From Schizochytrium sp. TIO01 (taxonomy: Eukaryota; Protista; Bigyra: Labyrinthulomycetes), in assembly GCA_004764695.1 (NCBI GenBank), contig SMSO01000025.1, forward strand, positions 5,062,862-5,126,861: a stretch of DNA of 64,000 nt, given 5' to 3'. Of this stretch, positions 35,802 to 47,167 are shown in pieces. A program made the position numbers and the translations under genes. The stretch's first letter is position 1; each line of letters begins with the position of its first letter. The notes below the pieces were generated by a model that saw only the letters and a program-made list of their open reading frames with translations, made no database searches and was not told where the DNA came from.

Positions 35802-38094
35802 GCTTGGTGCCCGCTCGAGAGCATTTGGAGCCCATTCTGTTTCTGAGTCAAGCTGTTGTGTTGCTCTGGATTCACTGAAAAACTTTTTCAGTAGTTCCAC
35901 TGCCCACCTCAAGGGAGCAGAAGACACCAAGAATGGGGCCTTTTCCTCTCCAAGTTTTGCTCCGGTGTCTGTGGCTCAGCAAGTCCCCAAAGCTGGCCCT
36001 GAGCAAGACGAAATTCAAGGAGGTCTTGCAATCAAGGGGGGTTTAACAACACGAAACTAGATCGGGAAAGCGATCTCGAGGAGCTCAAACCTCAATCAAG
36101 CGCTACGTAAGCAAGTAAGTCCCCTCTCAGCCAAAGCCGTGAGCAAGAGAATGAATGAACGCACGACCGCAAGTGTCCGAAAAGCGCAAGTCAACTAAGC
36201 AAGAGCACGCCTCGCGACCCTCCGCGGTGGTGTTTGCTACTGCCGCCGGTGTTGCTGCTGGCTGCACTGCCGCCGGCCTGCTGCAGTTATTTCAGGTCTG
36301 CTGATGGATGTTGGTTTGTTTGTTTCTAAGTTTAACTTTGTTTGATGTTTGCTTCTGATTCCTACGATCGAAGTTCCCATTTCGAAAAAGAAGACGATTA
36401 AAGGCACAGAGAAAGTAAGAAGAAGAAGGAAGTGGAAGAAAGCTCAATTAAAAGCGGAGATTACAGAAGAGGAAAGAAGAACTTTCGAAGCATTTAACTA
36501 ACTATCTACCCTCTACTGCCGCAGTAGTGTTGCCTACGCCCCTTATTACCTTTATCATCTTCAGAAGGAAAACTATACGGATAAAGTGAAAAAAATAAAT
36601 TTAAGAAGAGCTCAATTTGTCAGTTAGACCGTTCCTACCTTTATTCATAGTACTCCTCCTTTGAAAAGCTCTTATGTTAAACTCAGCAAAGAGCCCTTCT
36701 AACCTCTACTCTATCCCTCATATTATAACAACACCCAGTTCCAAGATAAAATTTATCTCAAGCAAAGAAACAAGGGGTCTCGGGAGAAGACATATGTATT
36801 CTGTCCCTGTTCCTCTTTTCTTCCTCGCTTCTATAATTTCAGTTAGCACTTTCTATCTGAAGCTAAAGAGAGCCACCTGAGGAGGAGTTATGGCGCTGCT
36901 AAGGAAAATATTAGGAGGAGGGCTGCCCAGCTCGCTGTGATGAGGTAGTACTCGTTAGAAGGACCTTAGTTCCCTGGCGCTTTTTTATTTTTTCAATGTT
37001 TTATTTTCTTTATTTTTTAACTTAAAGATCGTAAAATAAAACAAGTTGGCTGTTTCCGTCTCTTCTACTAAGGGACATGTAACAAAGATCTCCTCCGTAG
37101 GTGGGAGGAGCGGGAGACTTTCAGTAGCTGCGGGACAAGAAGAGCCAAGCAGAGAGTGGGATCTCGGGCCAGTCACGGGAGGGAGACACTAGCTGCGGGT
37201 CGGGCTGGAGGGACATGTGGTATGGCGCTGTGGTAGGGGCGTTTTGTTGAGGGTGGCACGCTCAACAAACGCACGCGCTGCGCAAATAAAAAGGATGAGA
37301 AATGAGAGTATTCCGAATGTATGTTAATGTCTCCGGCGAAGTCTTCGGAGCAATCGCAGAAATCGTCGGTGCTTCGTTCCACTGCTCTGAGAAGGGCGCC
37401 GAAGCCGTGGCCAAATGCTGTTCGTCTTGCTGGCGCAGCCTCAAAGAGCGTACACACACCTCTATCGATTGGGGTCAAAAAGAGGACAAGGCAGCAAAGC
37501 AATCCCCGTGATTGCCGTCTTTGTTTCTCTCCTTTCCTTCCCTTCGCATATATTTATTTACATTGCATTGCATTGCATTGCATTGCAGTTCATCGACGGC
37601 GTTGGCGATTTGCAAAAGTTGTTCTTCTAAAAGTCAGTCAGTTAGTCGGTCAGTCAGTCAGTCAGTTAGTCAGTGTCGAGTGTTTGTTTTGTTTGTTTGT
37701 TTGTTTGATTGTTTGTTTGTTTGATTGATTGATTGATTGATTGCAAGACACTCTCAGGCGGCTTGAAGGAAGGCTTCGAAGTCCATCTCCGCTTCTGCAG
37801 ACAGACCTTTACCCGTGTTCCTTGAGCGTCTTCTTCAGATCATGTCATAATAATCTCGAGCCGAGGCATTCTCGCAGCCCCAGGGTTTGCAAACTGCCGG
37901 AGAGAAGAACCACGAGGTCAACGAGTTCTTCAAGAGCGCCGGAGCAGGGCCTGAAGGCAGGACATGGAGCGAGCTGCTTTCTTCTGCTCTTCGATAGTGG
38001 GCGGCGACCATGAATTCAGGGTGAGCGCAGACAGTGATTGGAATATATATATATATATATATATGTGCATCCGCTCTTGAAATATCACCTCTGT

Positions 38095-38209
38095 TATGTA
38101 TGTATGTATGTATGTATGTATGTATGTATGTATGTATGTATGTATGTATGTATGTATGTATGTATGTATGTATGTATGTATGTATGTATGTATGTATGTA
38201 TGTATGTAT
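38095..38209. repeat. (TATG)n microsatellite
   Basis: Direct reading. Confidence 0.97.
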
Positions 38210-39030
38210 CGCCATCGTCATCGTCATCATCATCAAGACACCATTCAAGTCGTCGTGGACTAGTTGCTGAGAGCGCTTTGCGGGAAAGCCCGCACTCATC
38301 TCATGGAGACCGGCTGCATTCCGTGCTGCACCTCCTTCGCCGCCCTGCTCTTTGTGAGGTGTTGCTATCTTCATTCGCAATCTTGCCGTTTATTCGTACC
38401 TCTTGTTTGCAAACTCTCAATCGTCAAAGATCCTGGAAGTCGCCTGTTCATTGGTTCTTACTTAGTTTCATACAAATTTATAAAGAATCGCCACAGTAAG
38501 TAATAAGGAGAGGGAACCGGAACTCCCTTCATACTGTTCGTACGTAATCCTTCCTTACTTTACTATGGAGCTTTTTCACTTTATTTTCATTTAAACTTTG
38601 AATTAAAATTTAACTTTTAAAAAAGAATTGAATAACAATTATGAAAGCTCAGCAACAGAGAGAGAAGAAGAGAGGAGACAGCGAGTGGCTCGAAGAAGAA
38701 ACTGGCGAAGGCAAAGGCCAAAGCTTCGATTGCGAAGGCGCCTTCGCCGCTCCCGGACGCCCCGTCTCCGCCGGAGACCCGCCTCAGGTCGCAGCGGCCT
38801 CCTCAGCGAGGGCCTGGCCTCTGCGGCAACCGATCTCTGCCTCCGATGGATAAATCCCAAACTGGTTTTGGTGGTGCAGGTGCGTACCGGAGGGAACGAA
38901 TAAAATACGCCGTACGAAATTGACGAGAGCCCCCGTGTTTAACGTGTTTAACGGCGATATTGCCGAATTTAGGACAACGGCGCCGCCGCTGCTTAGTGAA
39001 CAGAAGAGCAACTCGAAGGACGCGAAATTT

Positions 39031-39081
39031 GAATTCGAAGGATTTGAATTCGAAGGATTTGAATTCGAAGGATTTGAATTC
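39031..39081. repeat. 15-bp tandem repeat GAATTCGAAGGATTT x3
   Basis: Direct reading; flanked by further TTCGAA/GAATTC words. Confidence 0.9.
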
Positions 39082-42000
39082 CGAACGAAAGCGATTTCGA
39101 ATTCCAACAAATTCGAATTCGATGTCGGATTCGAACTCGAGGACGCCTTCGACGCTCGCGCTGCCGCTCGCGAGGCGGCGACGTGCGGAGAGGCGAGAGG
39201 CGGCCCACCCGCCTGGTCGCGCAGGCCCCCGCTTGCTTGGGAGAGAGGGCGACGAGGTGCGTGAACGCAGATGAGAACGATGCCGCCCCCGAAGCCGCCC
39301 TGGCCCTGAGCAACGGCGAGGTCTCCTTCGAGGCGGTGGCAAAGCTCGAACCAGCCAGCCAGCCAGCCGGCCAGCCAGAGCGGGCGAGCGAGCGAGTCGG
39401 TTGGGCCTGCCGCAGAAGGCCTGCCCAGTCAACGGCTACACAGCCTGCGTCGTCGTCGCCCGCCTGGTCGAGCGCCATCTCCATCCCCGCATCCCGATGG
39501 ACGGCCGTGCCGAGGCGGCGCAGGGAAAGCGGCGTGGAGCATGGAGCCCAAGCCGACCTGCAGCTCGACAGCCGGTCGGTCGGTCAGACGGCAGCTGCGG
39601 CCACGACCCCGTCGCCAAGAACTCCAGCCCGCTCCTGGAAAATGGATACCTTGGCCCGTGCATGTGACATCCATTGAGACGACGATGAGGATGTTCTCTC
39701 TTATTATGTGCTGGACGATGGAAGATTTTGTCTGTTGGCAGGGAGGCGTGGGCGGACCTCGCCGATGGCGTGGGGAAAACGGCCAGCGGCAGAGGAATTA
39801 TCTCGGCCGAATTGGCTTCGGTCAGCTCGCCTGGTCCCTCCGCGGCTCGAGCTTGGGAAGCGCTCCGAGTTATCGAAAACTTCAACTACGAATTCTTGGT
39901 GGTGTATTATTTGTTATTGTTATTGTTGGTGTTCTTCTTCTTAGTATTACTATAGAAAAAGCTTTTTCGATTTTTTATTTTTTTATTTTTTTAAAAATAG
40001 AAATAAAAAAATAAATCAAAACGAAGTAGTAAGGTAAGTCATAGGTACCTACTATAAGGGAGCGCCTAGTTTCATTAGTCAAAGTGAATAATTTAAATCT
40101 TTTAGCAGCTAAAGACTGATTCTGGATAAACCCACAGGCATGGTTGACTTGTGGGGGATCTCAATGCTAGGTGCAGAAGAACAGTGGGAAAGGAGATACG
40201 TGATTGGAGTGGACTTGCAGCTCTTTGAGCTTGCAAAGCTCGAAGAGTACAACATGAATCATAAGAAACTGAAGTTGAAGGGAGAATTGATCTGTAGAAA
40301 GTCGTTTGCTGCCTTACACAAGAAATATAAAACTAAAATAAGAGAATATGAAGAATGAAAGTGGGTATGCATGACATAGCTCGGCTAGCTGTGTAAGTAA
40401 AACATCATGAGAGACATAGGCCGGAAAAGGGCGGATGGTTAGCGAGGTAAAGAACCAGTCGATCGCAATAGTGTTAAGTGGCTCACGATCCTCCTTCGTT
40501 GGCCATGAGAGGGCTTTTGGCGCGTGTGGCTCGCTCCTATCCCAAAGAGGAAGAGTCGGCATCGCAAGGAAGCGCACACCGCTGGACGAAGTTTGTGCTC
40601 ATAGAATTACATTCCTTTCTTCAAACTTTCGAAAGCGGAACTTTGCGGGACCTGGTGGTGCGGTATAGGGCACATTTTCTAAAGCAACAACCAGAAATAC
40701 ACTTGTAGGTAGAAACACGCTGACTGGCATGGCTGAAGATACAGAGCATCGTGCCTTTTTCTCATGATTGGTGGGTACGGCGGCGTCAGATGACCTGAAC
40801 TTTTGTTTCAAAAGGGTCATTGCGAAGGAATTTTGAATCAATCATATACCTACCACCTACAAATGCCTGGATATAATTGGCCTTCCACAAGCCTGTTCAG
40901 CCTTGTGTTGCGATGATATGTGAGCCTTGCGATGGTAGCAACGCAATCAAGTTCCCTCTAACAAATTGCAACAGAATTCTAAAATACGATGCAGGGGATT
41001 CATATCGAAATCCGTTCCTTTCCAAGGTGCTAGATTCATCGCTGGGTGTTTAATAGAGTTCATGCAAGCTATCAATCTAATCTAGACTTATCTGCGCGCA
41101 AGCAGGGCTCGAATGTCACTTGTGTTCTCAGTTGCCCACAGGCTGGGCAGGGCTTCCCGAACGATGATTGCGATGGCGGAGACTGTAATTTACAGAGCAA
41201 AGTTGCTGTAGGTGAGCTAAATAAAACAAAACGTGATAATCACGGAATCCGTCAAGCACTACTAAGCGTAAAAGAGAAAAGCGGTTGCTCTACTATAGGA
41301 CCTTACGTTACAGGATGATACCTACAATCCACTTGCCATCTACACGAAAGCGAGTCGTACCACTCACTGACAGACGAAGAGTTTGTAGTAGCTACGATCC
41401 ATATACAGCATGACCCTGCTTCCCAGTCGTTCGTTTAGAATTTGATGTTTTGGTATACTGGCATCCATAAGATATTTAGAATACAGCAAAATATGGGAAT
41501 ATGAGGATTGTATTTATATAATGAATATTTCAGTTTCTTGGAACGAAAATACTTTAGCTGTTAGGTCTTTATACAACGGAATAATTATTTTTCAATTCGA
41601 TGTGACACCCAGACAATCTATATTTTGCAAAACAAAAAAACAAAAAAAAAAACGATTCTTGGCTCATCAATTAAGTGTCCTGGAAAAACTCAAAGCTCAA
41701 CAATAGTTTCTTTCGAAGTTGTCTAGTATCAATCTCAAATCGTCAAATTGTTCCTGCCAGAATAGAGTTTTGAAAGCCAATTATTAATCTATAAGACGAC
41801 ATTCCGTTTTCGACAATTTAAGTAGTGTATTTCTTAGGGCCGCCAGTTTGCCAAACGACGCGCACCCCAACAGAGCTAGTAAAAGGAAAACCATTCCGTT
41901 GAACGTTTTACTGGCAAAAGCCCTAATTCCTGCGTTTTTATAAAAGGATTTTCCTGGGGGTATTCATTTTAGACTTGGGTGGGGTTGATGTTGTATTGTG

Positions 42001-42595
42001 TTTGCTCCGCTGCATTATAAGTATAGTGTCAGTGTGATACATGCACCAAAATGCCAAAGATTATGACCAGAGGGGATGCCATTAAGGTTGGAAGAGATGG
42101 AGATGTGTCTCGCAAAAGAGAATCGCACTATTTCAAAAGAGGTAGACTGAGAAGTCCAAACGCTGAATAGAAGATCCTTTGTTTCATTTTATATAATTAC
42201 TCGAAATTATAAAGCATGGTGAAATCATTTGAAACGAAGATTGAGAGTTAATGGTCTTAATATGTAATTGACTCGGTTCATGATAAGCCTATTAATTACT
42301 CTGAGAACCACTGCACCCAGATATCATAAATTTCTTGTACTCCACAAATAGTAATACGTGAATCATGATATAGAAATTGCATTACGGAAAGGAATCTTCA
42401 GGTTTGCACATTAAAATAAAGAAGATTAAAAACTTACAGCGACTGCTACAGAGAATGTGATTTCTTATAGTTTGCAATCTTCAAAGAAAGTCACCGTAAG
42501 GTTATGTACAACAGCATAACTAATGCCGGGCAATTGAGATGTGCAACTCGAAACTTAGGATGTACGAGGCAAATGAATCACAGTTAATTAAAGGT

Positions 42596-44590
42596 TTAGT
42601 CGACAATTTCATGGGCAAAGACTTCACCAGGTTTGGGAAGGCGAAAGTCATTGGGATTAAAGGACTTTTCGTGAAGCGCAAAGCGTCTGTTGAAGTCATC
42701 CTGCTCGAGGTCCTTGAAGAATTTATCACATTTGCTGCCAGGGTAAGGGATTTTACGCTCGCGGCAGAGATTCTTCTTCTTTTCTTCAGTTTTCTTGACA
42801 ATACGCTTGCGCTCATTTTCAAGACGCTTAGCAGTCTGCTGAACCTTACCAACCTTTTTGTTTTGCTTGGTAAGGTCCTTATCGTTAAAGTCAATAAAAG
42901 TATGGCACGGATTATAAACAATCTTGTGGCATGACTCGGAAAGCTCACTAAAGATAAGCTCCCAGCCACCGTACTTATCACCCTTAACCATACCCTCGAA
43001 AGCCACAGGTACCTCGTGGAGCTCTTGAACTAAATCATGTGTATCTGCAATAAAACTAGCCATATCCATCTTATGATTTGGCTCAAGCTCTGGGTTGCCT
43101 GATGTTTTTTCTAGGTAGACCCTGAAGGTCTTGTCGATGACAAAGTCGACACTGAACAATTGATACGAGCCCTTACGGCGACGGATCTTGGTGCGTGCCG
43201 CGTGAAACAAAAATCGTGCTACCTGTTTCATGGAACTTTGTAAGAAGGTATCCACATAGTGTGAACCGGTAATCTTCTCTTTAGCCAAGTATTCTTGGAA
43301 GTACTCGAATGATACCTGAGTCGCGCCATTATCAAACTGATATGGCGAGTTGAACGAAGCCCCGTTGGCAAGTCGAACATAACCCTGGCGGAAGAAGACC
43401 ATCATCGGCAAGGTGCTTCCAATGAGCATGTAACTACGCACATCAAAAAGCTTACCGTCAAAGCCAGTAAATGGATTAGCCACTAACATAGAGGCCAACT
43501 TGGTTGCCTCGCGGGAAGAATACGCATTAGCGTTGTTAGCGCAAAAGTTTGGATCTGCTGCAATATCTCTGGATGACTTCAACGTGATCTTTTCTTCACC
43601 AGTGGCCGGGTCAAACTCCGAGAGCACCCATGCATCAGTAGGGTGACGAGCCACCGATTTTTCAAGTTTGGCACAGTCTGAGGCCACGTCATAGAGGTAT
43701 TGTAGCGGTTGAACCTTGAGCGCATTGTAAGAACATCCAAAGTTCTTTGCCAAGCGCGAGCGGGCTACATACTGCTCCAGGAGGGAACCGTCCAATCCAG
43801 ATGCGCCCATGAGTGCATTCAAATAGGTGCTTCCCTCATGCTGCTCATAGATAGTGCTGAAGACCTCTGGTTTACTAGCCCTCAACTTCACAAGTGTCTT
43901 GCTATCTGTGAGCACAAAGGTCGACAATACGCGGTCCTCCAGAGGCTTATCATTTGGCTTGAGCCTCCAGCGGCGAGCCACAAAGTCGTCAATAACCGCC
44001 TTCGGGCACGAGGCTTTTCCTGCACGCAAACATGTGTAGATGCGTCGCTTCCACTGACGTTTCTTATCCAAGATGAAGAATGGTGCCGTCACCTGCGGCG
44101 AAATTCGTCGAATACTACACTCTCGAGGTGGCCGTTTTGTCACAAGCGGTCCTTGCAGCTTGTCCCAACCCAAATTCCCGTGTTTGGACTCAATCACATC
44201 TACGCCCTCCATGGACACTGATTCATCTTCGTCGTCGTCGTCTCCATCCTCAGACTTTTTCCTGCGTTTTTTTGTAGGCTTTGCAGCTGCAGCAGCACGT
44301 GCCTCCGCTTCTGCAACGTCGTTACTCCCGCCGGATCCAAATGGTTTCAAAAGGACGAAGACAAGCACAAGCATAAGTACAATGACAGCCAGCTTCTTGG
44401 GTGGCATTCCAGCGATGGCCTTGACCGGGGAGGAGGCCAGTCCCGGTGTCGAGGATGAGGTCGTGGAGGACTTCTCATGGTCCTTATCCTTGCGCTTGGA
44501 ACTTGGAGATGCATCGTCACTCTTGCGGCTCTTACTCGACTTCTTGGCCTTCTTGGCCTTTTTGGCAAGCTTGCCGTCGTCGCTGCCCAT
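42596..44590 (-). CDS. Type II membrane protein with a tubulin-tyrosine ligase/polyglutamylase (TTL)-like ATP-grasp domain and degenerate catalytic motif, about 664 aa
   Basis: Lys-rich N-terminus and a single hydrophobic helix KKLAVIVLMLVLVFVLLK. TTL-like KLFDVRSYMLIGST.PMMVFFRQGYVRLA and YQLFSVDFVIDKTFRVYL. The canonical LEVN is replaced by LEKTSGNP. Confidence 0.7.
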   Translation of the reverse strand: MGSDDGKLAKKAKKAKKSSKSRKSDDASPSSKRKDKDHEKSSTTSSSTPGLASSPVKAIAGMPPKKLAVIVLMLVLVFVLLKPFGSGGSNDVAEAEARAAAAAKPTKKRRKKSEDGDDDDEDESVSMEGVDVIESKHGNLGWDKLQGPLVTKRPPRECSIRRISPQVTAPFFILDKKRQWKRRIYTCLRAGKASCPKAVIDDFVARRWRLKPNDKPLEDRVLSTFVLTDSKTLVKLRASKPEVFSTIYEQHEGSTYLNALMGASGLDGSLLEQYVARSRLAKNFGCSYNALKVQPLQYLYDVASDCAKLEKSVARHPTDAWVLSEFDPATGEEKITLKSSRDIAADPNFCANNANAYSSREATKLASMLVANPFTGFDGKLFDVRSYMLIGSTLPMMVFFRQGYVRLANGASFNSPYQFDNGATQVSFEYFQEYLAKEKITGSHYVDTFLQSSMKQVARFLFHAARTKIRRRKGSYQLFSVDFVIDKTFRVYLEKTSGNPELEPNHKMDMASFIADTHDLVQELHEVPVAFEGMVKGDKYGGWELIFSELSESCHKIVYNPCHTFIDFNDKDLTKQNKKVGKVQQTAKRLENERKRIVKKTEEKKKNLCRERKIPYPGSKCDKFFKDLEQDDFNRRFALHEKSFNPNDFRLPKPGEVFAHEIVD

Positions 44591-46062
44591 CTTCGAAACA
44601 GACACTTCAGCAAATAAAAGGCTCGCAAGAGATTAGGTGAAGATTGCCGAGATCTGATCAGGAACTGATCAAATTTGATTGAATTCAGACCGATTTGGAA
44701 GGGACAAGACTAATGTCAACACAGATGAGTGGGTTGTTGGATGGATTGGTTTGAAATCGAAGAGCCTTGAGCCTTCTTCGATAAGGCCGGGCAAAGCCTT
44801 GAGTTGGGACTCGACTGTCGGCGCCTCTATACAGAGGCAGTGACAGGAGAGCGACGTCTCGCACGCCGCAAGACACCCTCGCGAGCGCCCACAATGCGCT
44901 CCGCGTTCATGATCTGCAATGCTCTCGCTCCGCTTTTATTCTTCTCCATCGCATCGTTATCATGATTATTATCACTATGTGATTTATGAGCTACTTAGTA
45001 CTATGTATATTATATATCGTCGATCATTGACCAATATCGACTCTCCATATTTTAAATAGTAAGGAACGCAGTAGAACGGAGGGCAGGCTATGTAATCCCG
45101 CGGAGGGAGTGCTGTGGAGGTAATTAGGGGAGACTGCGGAAAAGATGGAGAGACGTCTGGAATACACCTTAAGAATGGACAGCGCGACACTGCCTTTTTG
45201 CTCGTGTTTTTTTTTTTTGAAGGCTTGATTGTATTGTGCAGAGCGATTGAGGCGACAGGAATTGACATAGTTGCTGATGATGAAGAAAAGATAGCAAAGA
45301 CATTTCCAATAAAGGAAAATTTATTAGTGCAGAAGAGATGTCGCGGATTTGGGATATTTTTTCGAGAAACTGTGTCACATGATAGAATTAGATCGAAGCA
45401 AAGAATGCTTACGATTTGCAAGCTTGCTTGCTGCTATGCTGCAAGCTCGGCGAATGGTAGTTTAGTGGCTTCATAGGGTCATCTCGCCCTTGAGCTTTCA
45501 TGAAACTATATGTATGTGTGCTAAAATCAGGTGGGTGAACTTTTCATCGCGCATGGAAACACCAACTTATCATCACCAACATTCAAGAGAAACGACCTAC
45601 AAACGTGACTGTGTTTTGCACATTCCGGTATAGAACTTGAACGAACGCAGTCTCTCTCCCGCAATCGTTGCAAGATTGAAGCCTATTTTACCGTGATTCA
45701 TTTTACAGGTCAAGAAATTTTGAATGCACAGAAAGATAGGCCGAGAGGGTTGCGAACCTCAAAACAGCCAATACAGATATAAATTCTGACAAATAATGCC
45801 ATGCCCTTTTGGCTGTTATTTATAGCATTTAAACTGCCGGGACCGCCGCAGACGATCATTGATTTAGCAAACACAAGATATTGCACATGGCACGAGATTA
45901 CACGGTTCGGCAGATGCAAAAACTATATGAAAAACGATGATATTGTTAGGATAATTTGATAGGCAGGGAGGTGGCTACAAAGAGCAAGAAGCGCTCATAA
46001 GAAATGAGTAGTAGTAAAAAAAAAGAAAACAAAGGGGACTATAACAGCATCCAGATGTTGGC

Positions 46063-47167
46063 TTAAGTAGACTGCTTCTTGTACTCCTCCATCATGCGCT
46101 CGCAAGGTCCCTTAAGGGCTTTCATCTCTTTCTCATCCTGTGACGCAAAAATGAATTTGCATCAAATGGGAACACATCAATTTGATTGAGTGAAAATATA
46201 AAACATAGTAGGAACCAGACACGGTAAAGAACGGCCAAACAGCAATACGAAACGTTAGCATCAAAAGACATTAAGCATATAACAACAATCCTCCAAGAGG
46301 TATTCTTTATGGCAAAACTTACGACAAGAGAGAACTCGAGCACAAAGAACATGAAGTGCTTAAAGCAGGTGTTAAGGTGAGCAGCTGCATCAAGCTTCTC
46401 AATGGTGGTGAAATGACGATGATAGATGATGGCAAAGATTCTGAAGATATCCAACATATTCACCGCAAATTATAGTAAAAATGATATGCACGCGTTAAAC
46501 ACATTCAAAAGCGGAGCCATGCATCAAAAGTTAGTACATGAAAGGGAACTACAACGCATATTAATCTCAAAGACAGCCTAGTCCCAAATGGTGAATATTG
46601 AAAGCATCATATGAAATGTATGCATGTATGCCTCAGCTTAGACTTTACATATCTTGCGCATCTACATATGCGTGTTTCAATTTTACGAGCAATAACTTAC
46701 CTAAACAACCTTTTGAAGATATCTTTGACGTAGTTCTTGAACTCCGATGGGAATGCCTGGGTTTCAGAGACGGGGAAAATATCCTCGTTGTTGATCTGAT
46801 CCTCGGTCCACAAGAGTACGAGATCGACGTATTCTGGGGAGGAGACACGCATGGGCTTAGTAACCTGTACGCCGTCCGCCCATCTGTACTCAAATCCGGG
46901 CGGGAAACCTTCGCCAGGCTTGGTAAATTTGGCGGCATCATCCGAGACGAGGCCGTAGAGAAGCGAGATCTCATTAAAAAAGTCCACAGTGTTAGCCGCG
47001 AGCCACTCGTTGAGGTCCTCGTTGTCGGGAAGCGTCACTGCTGCACGAAGGTTTCCTGATCCCAGCGTACGCTTTGTATACGCCGAAAGGGTGCTGCGCT
47101 TAGCTGTCGCATGCTTCTTGACTGGCCGCAGAGTCGATTTGTTCGCGCGAGACTTGAGGAAATTCAT
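46063..47167 (-). CDS. MOB1: MOB kinase activator (MOB1-like); complement(join(46063..46137,46323..46440,46701..47167)), 219 aa
   Basis: TLGSGNLRAAVTLPDNEDLNEWLAANTVDFFN, EYRWADG, IFKRLFRIFAIIYHRHF and HLNTCFKHF. Two GTAAGT..CAG introns keep the frame to TAA at 46063-46065. Confidence 0.9.

Noticed and set aside
39020-39140. GAATTCGAA array as heat-shock elements
   Set aside because: An HSE needs nGAAnnTTCn spacing; here GAA and TTC abut directly. Treated as a simple tandem repeat.
30663-44590. PEPC and the TTL-like gene as members of the ligase/SPX-hydrolase cluster
   Set aside because: They are 22-34 kb away and separated by unrelated housekeeping genes; nothing supports functional linkage beyond a thematic coincidence.
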